A stretch of DNA of 60,860 bases from Candidatus Saccharimonadales bacterium (GCA_041600715.1 JBFIJM010000004.1:1-60860), one strand, 5' to 3'. Shown: positions 1-8,532, counted from the first letter of the stretch. Notes: generated from the letters alone by a model not told the origin. Made by a program: numbers and translations.

Positions 1-40
1 ATAAAAACATGTAATTTAATGGTTGGATAAATCTAGAAAA

Positions 41-991
41 ATGAATTCGTATATTAATTATTCAATGTCGACGCCCGTAGCAAAATCTCAAATTTACATG
101 ACGGAATTAATGAAGTCAAAATTAATAGGTGTCATCTGTATTGACATTATCAAATACGTAGATTTACTCGAAGGTACTCTGCAACATAAACATATACATA
201 CTAATACAATTAATTGTATTATTCAACTCCAAGATGGTCGGCTGGCGAGTTGTGGTAAAACAATCATTATTTGGAACCTGGATGGTAAAATTATTCATAA
301 TTTTACACATACCGATTGGGTGGTACGTTTTGTCATTCAACTCCAAGATGGTCGGTTGGCAAGTTGTAGTGAAGATAGGTCAATAATTATTTGGAACCTG
401 GATGGTAAAATTATAAATAATTTTACACATACCGATTGTATATATTCTGTCATTCAACTCCAAGATGGTCAGCTGGCAAGTTGCAGTGGTAAAACAATTA
501 TTATCTGGACCCTGGATGGTAAAATTATGAATAAACTTACTGGGCATACCGATTGGATAAATTCTATGATTCAACTTCAAGATGGTCGACTGGTGAGTTG
601 TGGTTGGGATAAATCAATCATTATTTGGAACTTGGATGGTAAACAAATTAGCCAACTTACGGGGCATACCGATGATGTATATTCTGTCATTCAACTTCAA
701 GATGGTCGGTTGGCGTGTTGCAGTGGTAAATCAATTATTATCTGGACCCTGGATGGTAAACAAGTTAACCAACTCACGGGGCATACCGGTTCGGTAAATT
801 CTCTAATTCAACTTCAAGATGGTCGGTTGGCGAGTTGTAGTTGGGATAAATCAATCATTATTTGGACACCGGATGGTAAACAAGTTAGCCGACTTACGGG
901 GCATACCGATTATATATATTCTATCATTCAACTCCAAGATGGTCGGCTGGCGAGTTGCAGTAGGGATAAATCAATGATTATCTGGGGATAG
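41..991 (+). CDS. F-box-like / WD40-repeat protein, 7 blades (array copy 1)
   Basis: The track ORF 23..991 opens on TTG. The first ATG is at 41, and the ATG conserved across paralogs is at 65. Seven ~41-aa repeats fit the consensus LTGHTDxVxSxIQLQDGRLASCSxDKSIIIWxLDGK (WD40-like GH...IIW blades). The N-terminal segment ELMKSKLIGVICIDIIKYVDLL looks F-box-like. Confidence 0.8.
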   Translation: MNSYINYSMSTPVAKSQIYMTELMKSKLIGVICIDIIKYVDLLEGTLQHKHIHTNTINCIIQLQDGRLASCGKTIIIWNLDGKIIHNFTHTDWVVRFVIQLQDGRLASCSEDRSIIIWNLDGKIINNFTHTDCIYSVIQLQDGQLASCSGKTIIIWTLDGKIMNKLTGHTDWINSMIQLQDGRLVSCGWDKSIIIWNLDGKQISQLTGHTDDVYSVIQLQDGRLACCSGKSIIIWTLDGKQVNQLTGHTGSVNSLIQLQDGRLASCSWDKSIIIWTPDGKQVSRLTGHTDYIYSIIQLQDGRLASCSRDKSMIIWG

Positions 992-1239
992 ATGAATTAT
1001 TTTAGGTATGTATAAAATAGGGTTTCCGCCATCGACCCCCGAGGCTAACCCAAAGACAGCATTTTCCTAAGGTTAAAGCATGATTTCTCTAAAATGCCCT
1101 AAGTAAGTTAGGCCCGAGGGTCGACAAAACACGTTTTTTTGACACCCCATTTTTCGGGGGTTTTCCGCAGAAGGTCAACAATATTATTTCTCCCGAAATC
1201 AAACCATAATGCTTTAAAATTAGTCTTGATAAAAAAAAA
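992..1239. repeat. Non-coding spacer of the tandem gene array, copy A (GC-richer core 1020..1185)
   Basis: Near-identical to 2101..2358, with point differences and small indels. It contains no ORF. There is an imperfect inverted repeat: TCGACCCCCGAGGC at 1032..1045 and GCCCGAGGGTCGA at 1112..1124. Confidence 0.8.
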
Positions 1240-1296
1240 CATGTAATTTAATGGTTGGATAAATCTAGAAAATTGAATTCGTATATTAATTATTCA

Positions 1297-2100
1297 ATGT
1301 CTTCGCCAATAGCTAAATCTCAAATCTACATGACAGAATTAATGAAGTCAAAATTAATAGATGTCATCTGCATTGACATTATCAAATACGTAGATTTACT
1401 CGAAGGTACTCTGCAACATAAACTTGTATCTGACACAATCGACCAAATTATTCAACTTCAAGATGGTCGGTTGGCGAGTTGTTGTAGTGAAGATATGTCA
1501 ATAATTATTTGGAACCTGGATGGTAAACAACTTACGGGGCATATCGATTATATACGTTCTGTCATTCAACTCCAAGATGGTCGGTTGGCGTGTTGCAGTT
1601 GGGATAAATCAATTATCTGGACCCTAGATGATAAAATTATTCATAATTTTACACATACCGATGATGTATATTCTATCATTCAACTTCAAGATGGTCGGTT
1701 GGCGAGTTGTAGTGAAGATAGGTCAATTATTATTTGGACCCTAGACGGTAAAATTATGAATAAACTTACGGGGCATACTGATTATATATATTCTATCACT
1801 CAACTTCAAGACGGCCGGTTGGCGAGTTGTAGTGAAGATGGGTTAATTATTATCTGGAACCTGGATGGTAAACAAATTAGCCAACTTACGGGGCATACCG
1901 ATGCTGTATATTCTATCATTCAACTTCAAGATGGTCGGTTGGCGTGTTGCAGTGATAAATCAATTATTATCTGGGCCCTGGATGGTAAAATTATGAATAA
2001 ACTTACGGGGCATACCGATGCTGTACTCTATATCATTCAGCTTCAAGATGGTCGGTTGGCAAGTTGCAGCTTGGATAAATCAATCATTATCTGGGGATAG
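1297..2100 (+). CDS. F-box-like / WD40-repeat protein, 6 blades (array copy 2)
   Basis: Paralog of 41..991. The upstream ATG of copy 1 is TTG here (1273..1275), so the first usable ATG is 1297 (MSSPIAKSQIYM, equivalent to ATG 65 of copy 1). There are six IQLQDGRLA(S/C)C blades. Confidence 0.75.
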   Translation: MSSPIAKSQIYMTELMKSKLIDVICIDIIKYVDLLEGTLQHKLVSDTIDQIIQLQDGRLASCCSEDMSIIIWNLDGKQLTGHIDYIRSVIQLQDGRLACCSWDKSIIWTLDDKIIHNFTHTDDVYSIIQLQDGRLASCSEDRSIIIWTLDGKIMNKLTGHTDYIYSITQLQDGRLASCSEDGLIIIWNLDGKQISQLTGHTDAVYSIIQLQDGRLACCSDKSIIIWALDGKIMNKLTGHTDAVLYIIQLQDGRLASCSLDKSIIIWG

Positions 2101-2358
2101 ATGAATTATTTTATATATACCTAAAATAGGGTTTCCGCCATCGACCCTCGAGGCTAACCCAAAGATAGCATTCCCCTAAGGTTAAAGCATGATTTCTCTA
2201 AAATGCCCTAAGTAAGTTAGGCCCGATGGTCGACAAAACATGTTTTTTTGACATCCCGTTTTTCGGGGGTTTTCCGCAGAAGGTCAATACAATAATATTA
2301 TTTCTCCCGAAATCAAACCATAATGCTTTAAAAAATTAGTCTTGATAAAAAATAAAAA
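2101..2358. repeat. Non-coding spacer of the tandem gene array, copy B
   Basis: Direct repeat of 992..1239, including GGGTTTCCGCCATCGACC...GGGGGTTTTCCGCAGAAGGTCAA. Confidence 0.8.
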
Positions 2359-2390
2359 CATGTAATTTAATGGTTGGATAAATCTAGAAA

Positions 2391-2640
2391 AATGAATCGT
2401 ATATTAATTATTCAATGTCGACGCCCGTAGCAAAATCTCAAATTTACATGACGGAATTAATGAAGTCAAAATTAATAGATGTCATCTGTCTTGACATTAT
2501 CAAATACGTAGATTTACTCGAAGGTACTCTGCAACATAAACATATACATACTAATGCAATTAATTGTATTATTCAACTCCAAGATGGTCGGCTGGCGAGT
2601 TGTGGTAAAACAATCATTATTTGGACCCTGGATGGTAGAC
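2391..2640 (+). pseudogene. Frameshifted and truncated third copy of the WD40 paralog
   Basis: The promoter-proximal sequence matches copies 1 and 2, but ATGAATTCG has become ATGAATCG (1-nt deletion) at 2391. Homology to copy 1 stops near 2637, after the first blade. The remaining ORF (2415..2699) reads into unrelated sequence. Confidence 0.7.
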
Positions 2641-2642
2641 AA

Positions 2643-2740
2643 ATCCTGTTTTCGCCGCTAGAAAAAAGAGGTTTTTTTTCTGGCGGCACGCGGCTGTGAC
2701 AACACTATCGACCCCGAAGAGTAACTATAAAAAACAGGAT
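2643..2740. mobile_element. MITE-like 98-bp element with perfect 10-bp terminal inverted repeats
   Basis: ATCCTGTTTT at 2643..2652 is the exact reverse complement of AAAACAGGAT at 2731..2740. An internal hairpin pairs GCCGCTAGAAAAAA with TTTTTTTTCTGGCGGC (2654..2687). The element starts right where paralog homology ends. Confidence 0.3.
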
Positions 2741-2769
2741 ATTATAGGAATTATTAAAAAAATAATCGA

Positions 2770-3477
2770 TCAATATCTAACTCTGGCCATATCGCTGTCG
2801 ATAAATAAATCTTTATCAATAAATGTACCAGTCATATTGGCTCTGGTAAGATTTGCATGGAAAAAGATTGCGCGAAATAAATCTGTATTACTAAAATTAG
2901 CACCTATAAGAGTAGCATGAGTGAAATCTGCAGATCCTAAATCGACTTCAGAAAGATTGACGTAAGATAGATTGGAGTGGTTGAATTTAACGTCTGCTAA
3001 ATAAAATAGTGAGCGTTGAGTTGTTATCGTATAATCACCGGTATAGAAATGATCAAACGCGAATCCTCTGATATCGAGATAAGATAGATCTAAAGGCCTT
3101 GCAAAATCGGTGATGAGATTTTCACCCAAGACATCTACCAAGTCAACGATGATGGTGCTGAGGTCAACATACTCAGCAACTGAATTCACTAAATATTTCG
3201 GAAGTTTGGCAGAGGTCGTGATGACTGAAGTAACGGCGTTACGTCGATGGGCGTCAGCAACTTCCTTGAAATCTAATTCCGGACACGCATCAGCATAACC
3301 AATATAACTATAAACTATATCACAAATACAATCAGGTAAAACCGTGGCAACTGAAATTACCGAGGTAAAGAGTTTATGCCTGTGATTGGATACAGTTTTG
3401 AGGATTTTCTCATCGGAGGTTAGAACCACTTGGGCGCCGACAGAGGGCGAAGCCTGAACAATGGTAGAACTTGCCAT
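2770..3477 (-). CDS. Pentapeptide-repeat protein
   Basis: The C-terminal half is a run of A(D/N)LxX-type pentapeptides (LSYVNLSEVDLGSADFTHATLIGANFSNTDLFRAIFFHANLTRANMTG). The N-terminus carries two copies of a TSVIxxxxxLPxxxxxxVxxY motif. ATG at 3475..3477. Confidence 0.8.
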   Translation of the reverse strand: MASSTIVQASPSVGAQVVLTSDEKILKTVSNHRHKLFTSVISVATVLPDCICDIVYSYIGYADACPELDFKEVADAHRRNAVTSVITTSAKLPKYLVNSVAEYVDLSTIIVDLVDVLGENLITDFARPLDLSYLDIRGFAFDHFYTGDYTITTQRSLFYLADVKFNHSNLSYVNLSEVDLGSADFTHATLIGANFSNTDLFRAIFFHANLTRANMTGTFIDKDLFIDSDMARVRY

Positions 3478-3566
3478 CGAACTTTATTACTGATACAAAA
3501 ATCAATTTTTTATGGAAAGATTAACAATTACACTTTCAACAAGGCTAAATTATTACTTATATATAG

Positions 3567-3974
3567 ATGAAGGTATGCGAACTTTTGATATGGACATTTG
3601 TAATTATACTTGTAATTGTACTTTGTCTTATACTTATATCTGAATGTAAAATAACAACTGAGGGGTTTGTTGCACCTAACGGAGATTTCTTTGAAACTGA
3701 GGATGATTACATAAGATTTTGTAAGCTTAATCCTGCCAAATGCATACCGTATTCTTTACCATATAATGCACCATATATACCATATGTACCATATGGTGGC
3801 GCTGGATATGGTAGACAACGTGCATATGGTAGAGGATATGAATCTGCATATGGGACAGGATATGGTCGAGGTATTTATTATGGTGGACAAAACGTTCCTC
3901 ACATGGTTTACGATCAGGGAGGAGGAGGTCGCCGAGGACTTCATGATGGAGACACTGGATATAGATTTAGATAA
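3567..3974 (+). CDS. Small membrane-anchored or secreted Gly/Tyr-rich protein
   Basis: Hydrophobic N-terminus (LLIWTFVIILVIVLCLILI). The C-terminus is rich in YG(R/T)GY repeats. TATATATAG lies directly upstream of the ATG. Confidence 0.6.
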   Translation: MKVCELLIWTFVIILVIVLCLILISECKITTEGFVAPNGDFFETEDDYIRFCKLNPAKCIPYSLPYNAPYIPYVPYGGAGYGRQRAYGRGYESAYGTGYGRGIYYGGQNVPHMVYDQGGGGRRGLHDGDTGYRFR

Positions 3975-4418
3975 AAAATAACACATCCGTATCTATGGGG
4001 TTTTCGTTTCTATCACAACTGATCATATTCATGCTTCATCATTATTTTCCCAATTATCAGCCATCTTCGCAACCTTGCATGTCATCATCTGGAATACCGA
4101 TCGGTATATATGGATCAACCATGCCAGCTGGAGGTGCAGAATTTTTTTTTATCGGTACGGGTGTATATTTAATTTCTACTAGACTTTTATTCTTCATCAA
4201 AGAACTAGTCTTCAGATAATCATCTATAATTTTTTTAGGATTCCCACCGGACCAATATTTTTTTTCTCTTGATTTCTTTTTGACATTTTTTACATTTTTT
4301 TCTTTTGATTTTTGTTCTTAGGTTTAATGGTATCTGTTTGCACTGTAATAATTGGAAGTTGGTCACTTTCTATCATATTCAATATAACGAATATGTCTTT
4401 CTTAATTTTTATATAGAA

Positions 4419-4754
4419 ATGTGGGGGTTATCGACGTTGGTTGTTTTTGTTATAATGACATTATTAATATTGCACTTGTATAATACAGCATACGCCACGA
4501 GGGTGTACTTTTTTCACAGTGAATCATGTAAATATTGTATCGACCTTGAACCTGCTTGGGATATGTTTATTAATAGTTCTCCATCAAGTGTTCGTCCTAT
4601 GAAGATAGATAAAAATGCCAACACCAAGATGGCTGAGAATTTTGGTGTATCTTCTGTGCCGCATATTGTTAAAGTCCAGGGAGATAATCGATATGTTTAT
4701 GATGGCGATCGGTCAGCTGAAGATTTACTTAGATGGGCGAAGCGTGATGAATAA
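4419..4754 (+). CDS. Thioredoxin-fold protein with N-terminal membrane anchor
   Basis: The track ORF opens on TTG at 4305; the first ATG is 4419, preceded by TATATAGAA. CxxC motif in FHSESCKYCIDLEPAW, and a downstream FGVSSVPHIVKV typical of thioredoxins. Confidence 0.75.
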   Translation: MWGLSTLVVFVIMTLLILHLYNTAYATRVYFFHSESCKYCIDLEPAWDMFINSSPSSVRPMKIDKNANTKMAENFGVSSVPHIVKVQGDNRYVYDGDRSAEDLLRWAKRDE

Positions 4755-4830
4755 AAATTGAATTGATATTATAAATCAATTATTATATGGCTCAAATATC
4801 ATATAAATAATAGTTATATTTTTTTAAATA

Positions 4831-5424
4831 ATGCAGATATCAAATGCCGAAACTATGCAGTTAAATAAAATATACAGGAATGAACATTATATACGACAAC
4901 ATGAAGCTATTACAAAGGAAATGGAAATGCGAAAAAAAGGACTAGATCTTATCATCGCTTATCAGGCCGAAGCAATAAACCGTTTAAAAGCCCTTAATCT
5001 TGTCGAACAAGCCCAGAAGACTGAATATACAATTGCTCGAGAACAAGAAGCTACTGAAATGATGAGAATTATAGGAGTTGAGAGTAAAAAACATCAAATG
5101 GAAGTCTGTAATGCTCAGGCTGAAGCTGTTAAATCACATAATTTAGCGAGATACTTTCAAGGTCTTGCTGATCACTTTGACTCACAAATACCACGTACAG
5201 GTGATGTTATTAATTTTACAATTACACCCATTGGAGAAGATCCAACTCAAGGAGGCGCTGTCTTGTTGCCGGCAAACAACGTCGTTGCCCCAGTCAGTAA
5301 CGTTATTACCCCATCTAGTGAAGAAGACTCGACAACATCATCTAGTCATGGTGATGGTGATGGTGTATCATGTGGGGATACCATCGATAGTGACCGTGAT
5401 AATGTAAAGCATCCTTTACCCTAA
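4831..5424 (+). CDS. Hypothetical protein (helical N-terminal half, Ser/Asp-rich tail)
   Basis: 197-aa ORF with an ATG start and an AT-rich upstream region. No recognisable motif. Confidence 0.6.
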   Translation: MQISNAETMQLNKIYRNEHYIRQHEAITKEMEMRKKGLDLIIAYQAEAINRLKALNLVEQAQKTEYTIAREQEATEMMRIIGVESKKHQMEVCNAQAEAVKSHNLARYFQGLADHFDSQIPRTGDVINFTITPIGEDPTQGGAVLLPANNVVAPVSNVITPSSEEDSTTSSSHGDGDGVSCGDTIDSDRDNVKHPLP

Positions 5425-5433
5425 AGTTGTGCG

Positions 5434-6240
5434 CTAGCACACTTCAATAAATGAACCAAGGGTACATAACCACTTCAAAATAGGACCTATCATTTCTATC
5501 TTCTTCTCGACAGATAGATAATTTTTTTCAAAGTCATCATTAAACCTGTCATATTGTAAAATTTTATTTTGTACACCTGCAAATCTTGTCTTGCTAATGT
5601 CAACACCTTTCGATGCAAAAAATTCTCCCTGAACTTTTAGTAAAGACATAATTGAAGACAATAATACATCTACCTTACCAAGATCTTTACTTTCATTATG
5701 GACTCTTCTAAGATATGACGATGCATCGGTATTTTTTAATTCTATCTTTATTTTCGATATGTTTGAGTAAAATTCCCTATAGGGATTTACTGGAATCATA
5801 AAACCATGTTTTTCATTGATAAAAGCATTAACGATCACTCTCGACACGCCGCTTAATGAGTCAACTTTATACCACTGGTCATTAACCCTTTTTAATCCAA
5901 AGATATGCCCTTGATTAAATACAAATATAAAATCCCCCTTGAGATTTTTCAATAGGGTCTCAACTGTAAGTCGATGACCTGGTTGAATCCAATGTATCCG
6001 ACAATGTACACCATATTTCTTCATAATGTACGATACGAGATTTTCACGGCAAAAGTATGAAAAATCCCATGAATCGCAACTCATACCATTGTAACATTTA
6101 TAATTTTTTAGCTGGTCGTCAAATTCTTTTTTATACTTGGCAAAAACTTCTTGGCTAATTTCAGATCTACCAAAATAGGCATTGCAAGCATGCATACGAC
6201 ATAACCCACCAATTTGTCTTTCATAAAAAATCCCGTCCAT
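5434..6240 (-). CDS. Josephin-domain (MJD-family) cysteine protease, putative deubiquitinase
   Basis: The N-terminus MDGIFYERQIGGLCRMHACNAYFG parallels ataxin-3 MESIFHEKQEGSLCAQHCLNNLLQ (catalytic Cys in context). Later, FNQGHIFGLKRVNDQWYKVDSL parallels YKEHWFTVRKLGKQWFNLNSL (catalytic His, with Asp in place of Asn). Confidence 0.75.
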   Translation of the reverse strand: MDGIFYERQIGGLCRMHACNAYFGRSEISQEVFAKYKKEFDDQLKNYKCYNGMSCDSWDFSYFCRENLVSYIMKKYGVHCRIHWIQPGHRLTVETLLKNLKGDFIFVFNQGHIFGLKRVNDQWYKVDSLSGVSRVIVNAFINEKHGFMIPVNPYREFYSNISKIKIELKNTDASSYLRRVHNESKDLGKVDVLLSSIMSLLKVQGEFFASKGVDISKTRFAGVQNKILQYDRFNDDFEKNYLSVEKKIEMIGPILKWLCTLGSFIEVC

Positions 6241-6259
6241 TATATATTAAAACGAATAG
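6241..6259. promoter_or_regulatory. 19-nt divergent intergenic region beginning TATATAT
   Basis: Lies between the ATG of 5434..6240 (-) and the ATG of 6260..6934 (+). Confidence 0.35.
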
Positions 6260-6934
6260 ATGTTTAAGTCAGACGAGGGGACTAATGCAAATACAGGTCA
6301 ACCGTGGGGGAGAATTTTAATATCCCTAGTGCTTGTAATTATCATCTTGATAATCGGCGCACTAATGGCAAGTAAGCGTGTGGATATTCTTAAACTTGAA
6401 GGTCGGTACTCTTCGTTAGGCGGGGCAAAATCTTCAGAATTAGCCATCAAAAAAAGCGACCAAGGGATGTTTACTGTTCTTGCAACATTTAATGGAGTCA
6501 CCACGGAGAACTCTATTTACGGGACGAGATTAAGTCTCGCTACTAAATTAGGTGACCCATCTTCTGTGGTATCGTATACATTTGCTTTGGTTGGGTCAAA
6601 TATTGTTTTTACACCTGTTCCGGGGTCACCTGGATCGGGTTTACCTATTACTTTTGTTACTATTGAAGGATATGAAACGCGTCTAGGGGGTACTAGTTCT
6701 TGGGGGTTTAAAGATCTTGCTGGTAATCTATACGCACCCCCACCATGGGATTATGATAACCATTCATGTACACAATGTCATATGAAATATCTAACTACTT
6801 CACGAATAGGGTCTAGTTGCCGACTACATGATCACAATGCCGACAGTCAACGATATATTGACAAGGTGGCTCAGGATATTGATTTACGAATAAGAAACCA
6901 GAGATATTATGGATATCATGGACCACGTGGTTAA
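6260..6934 (+). CDS. Hypothetical type-II membrane protein
   Basis: 224-aa ORF with one N-terminal TM segment (ILISLVLVIIILIIGALMA). It diverges from 5434..6240 across a 19-nt TATATAT-containing spacer. Confidence 0.65.
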   Translation: MFKSDEGTNANTGQPWGRILISLVLVIIILIIGALMASKRVDILKLEGRYSSLGGAKSSELAIKKSDQGMFTVLATFNGVTTENSIYGTRLSLATKLGDPSSVVSYTFALVGSNIVFTPVPGSPGSGLPITFVTIEGYETRLGGTSSWGFKDLAGNLYAPPPWDYDNHSCTQCHMKYLTTSRIGSSCRLHDHNADSQRYIDKVAQDIDLRIRNQRYYGYHGPRG

Positions 6935-7456
6935 TTATACGAATATTTCATTGAACGGTACCGGATTTAGGAAAGGTCCATTCCAGACAACCTGACCATC
7001 ATCATTCTTGATCGAGACCTTTACACCTTTCATTTTATCTAGATGACTATCATCAGCTCCTATATGGATGTTTTTAATACGCACATCTGTTCCAAGATCC
7101 AACTCGACCGATGACCCAATATCCATACTCCCATATGATAATTTACCAGGATACCCCGGAACCTTTATACTTGTAATAGGGATAGGTGTTTCGGAAAATT
7201 TATAAACAGAGACATATCTCCCTTCGATTTCTTTTTTATGTTTAAAACCTTCTCCAATGGGAGAAATTATTCGATCGTCTAATTTACAGTGGTTGGTTGT
7301 TTGTGCAAAACAATACCATATTAAGACTAATAATAGTAGTATAACAAATGTAAAAACTGCCCGATACACTTGTTTATTCAATGCCTCTATACATATCTCT
7401 GGTATTTTTGACACCCTGACCGGACCATGTTTAGTTTCGATAGTTTCTTCACTCAT
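6935..7456 (-). CDS. Hypothetical membrane-anchored protein
   Basis: 173-aa ORF with a TM segment (AVFTFVILLLLVLIWYCFA) and a beta-rich C-terminal domain. Confidence 0.6.
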   Translation of the reverse strand: MSEETIETKHGPVRVSKIPEICIEALNKQVYRAVFTFVILLLLVLIWYCFAQTTNHCKLDDRIISPIGEGFKHKKEIEGRYVSVYKFSETPIPITSIKVPGYPGKLSYGSMDIGSSVELDLGTDVRIKNIHIGADDSHLDKMKGVKVSIKNDDGQVVWNGPFLNPVPFNEIFV

Positions 7457-7495
7457 AAGTATATTAACACAAAAAAATTATAAGGCTTTATCCAA

Positions 7496-8464
7496 TTACT
7501 TGTTAGTGGGTATAATAAATGTCTCAGGTGGGACAGCGATCGATGAGGTCGATGAGGTCGGTGAGGTCGGTGAGGTTACCCAAGACGAATTCTTCTTCAA
7601 TTCCTCCATCATGTTTTCAACGGGGCCAACTTTTCGCAGGTAGAACGCGAAATATGCATGGAGTTTTTTTGCTAACACTGGCATATCGAGGTAGTGGACT
7701 GTAAGAATCATATTAGTCAAACACTCCATGAAGTTCTCAGATTTAGAGATTGGTCCATTGATAATGGCATAATCGCTACCAAGGATACCCTCTAAGGTTG
7801 AATTCTTGTCTAATGGTTGTCGTGGTGCAGGCAATTCTTCGCCATTTAGATCACAGTGTTTAATATAATCATACATGAGATTATAACCTTCTTTAAATCC
7901 TTCTTTAAGTTCAACTTTAGATTCTTTGAACCCGCCTCCTTCAAGTGCTGAGTAAAATACGCCAATCATTTTGGCCGATCGTTTAGATATTGGGTATTTT
8001 GTATCTTTAAACACCAAAGTATAAATTTCATCAGCATCGTCATCAAGACCACCCATTTCTTCTTGCTTTTCGTCGGCGCGAAGTTTATTGAATATCAATG
8101 ATTTTTCGATACGTGAAGTATATGTTCGGAGATGTTTTAGTTCTTTTTTTGACCAGGTTAGTAGATTAATTTGGTCCATGTCGGATATTTTTTTAGTCTT
8201 CGCTGCCTCAGTTAATTGAGCATTGAAGAGTTTCAACATATCATCTTCTTTTTTACCTTTGGCCTGACTCGCGTTAGCCCACAAGGCCGCGGCTGATCGT
8301 AATTTAAGCCCATTAATTAATTCATCAGAAGCTCCAATCAACGATATGCAGATAGATATTTTTGCTTCCAGGGTAGGGTCCTTTACTTTTTTCTTAATTT
8401 CCTGATGAAATTTCTTGAGGGCTGCGGCGGCTTTAATATCTTCATTATCGAGACTCTTAGACAT
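7496..8464 (-). CDS. Hypothetical protein, possibly BTB/SKP1-like C-terminal half
   Basis: 322-aa ORF. The region YTLVFKDTKYPISKRSAKMIGVFYSAL...LMYDYIKH loosely fits a BTB/POZ pattern. The C-terminal TSPTSPTSSTSS is encoded by a 9-bp repeat at 7542..7577. Confidence 0.55.
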   Translation of the reverse strand: MSKSLDNEDIKAAAALKKFHQEIKKKVKDPTLEAKISICISLIGASDELINGLKLRSAAALWANASQAKGKKEDDMLKLFNAQLTEAAKTKKISDMDQINLLTWSKKELKHLRTYTSRIEKSLIFNKLRADEKQEEMGGLDDDADEIYTLVFKDTKYPISKRSAKMIGVFYSALEGGGFKESKVELKEGFKEGYNLMYDYIKHCDLNGEELPAPRQPLDKNSTLEGILGSDYAIINGPISKSENFMECLTNMILTVHYLDMPVLAKKLHAYFAFYLRKVGPVENMMEELKKNSSWVTSPTSPTSSTSSIAVPPETFIIPTNK

Positions 8465-8532
8465 AATAGTGATAGATCAAATATACAGTATGTGTATTTC
8501 AATTTTTAGATTAATATAATATATAGTGTTTA

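Noticed and set aside
164-797. Short ORFs 164..346 (-), 380..580 (-) and 600..797 (+) inside the first WD40 gene
   Set aside because: They overlap a long ORF with a clear WD40 repeat structure, and their translations are periodic only because the DNA is a 123-bp repeat.
2696-2920. Plus-strand 74-aa ORF overlapping the 3' end of the pentapeptide-repeat gene
   Set aside because: It is antisense to a motif-supported gene, starts inside the MITE-like element, and has no motif. ORF 3110..3298 is rejected in the same way.
3995-4219. 74-aa plus-strand ORF in the long gap
   Set aside because: It is a low-complexity hydrophobic translation with no upstream TATATA-like element and competes with a minus-strand ORF. 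I kept it only as part of the finding about the gap.
7257-7704. Plus-strand ORFs 7257..7643 and 7519..7704 spanning the junction of two minus-strand genes
   Set aside because: They overlap the better-supported minus-strand ORFs 6935..7456 and 7496..8464, and part of their sequence is repeat read-through (EVDEVGEVGEV).
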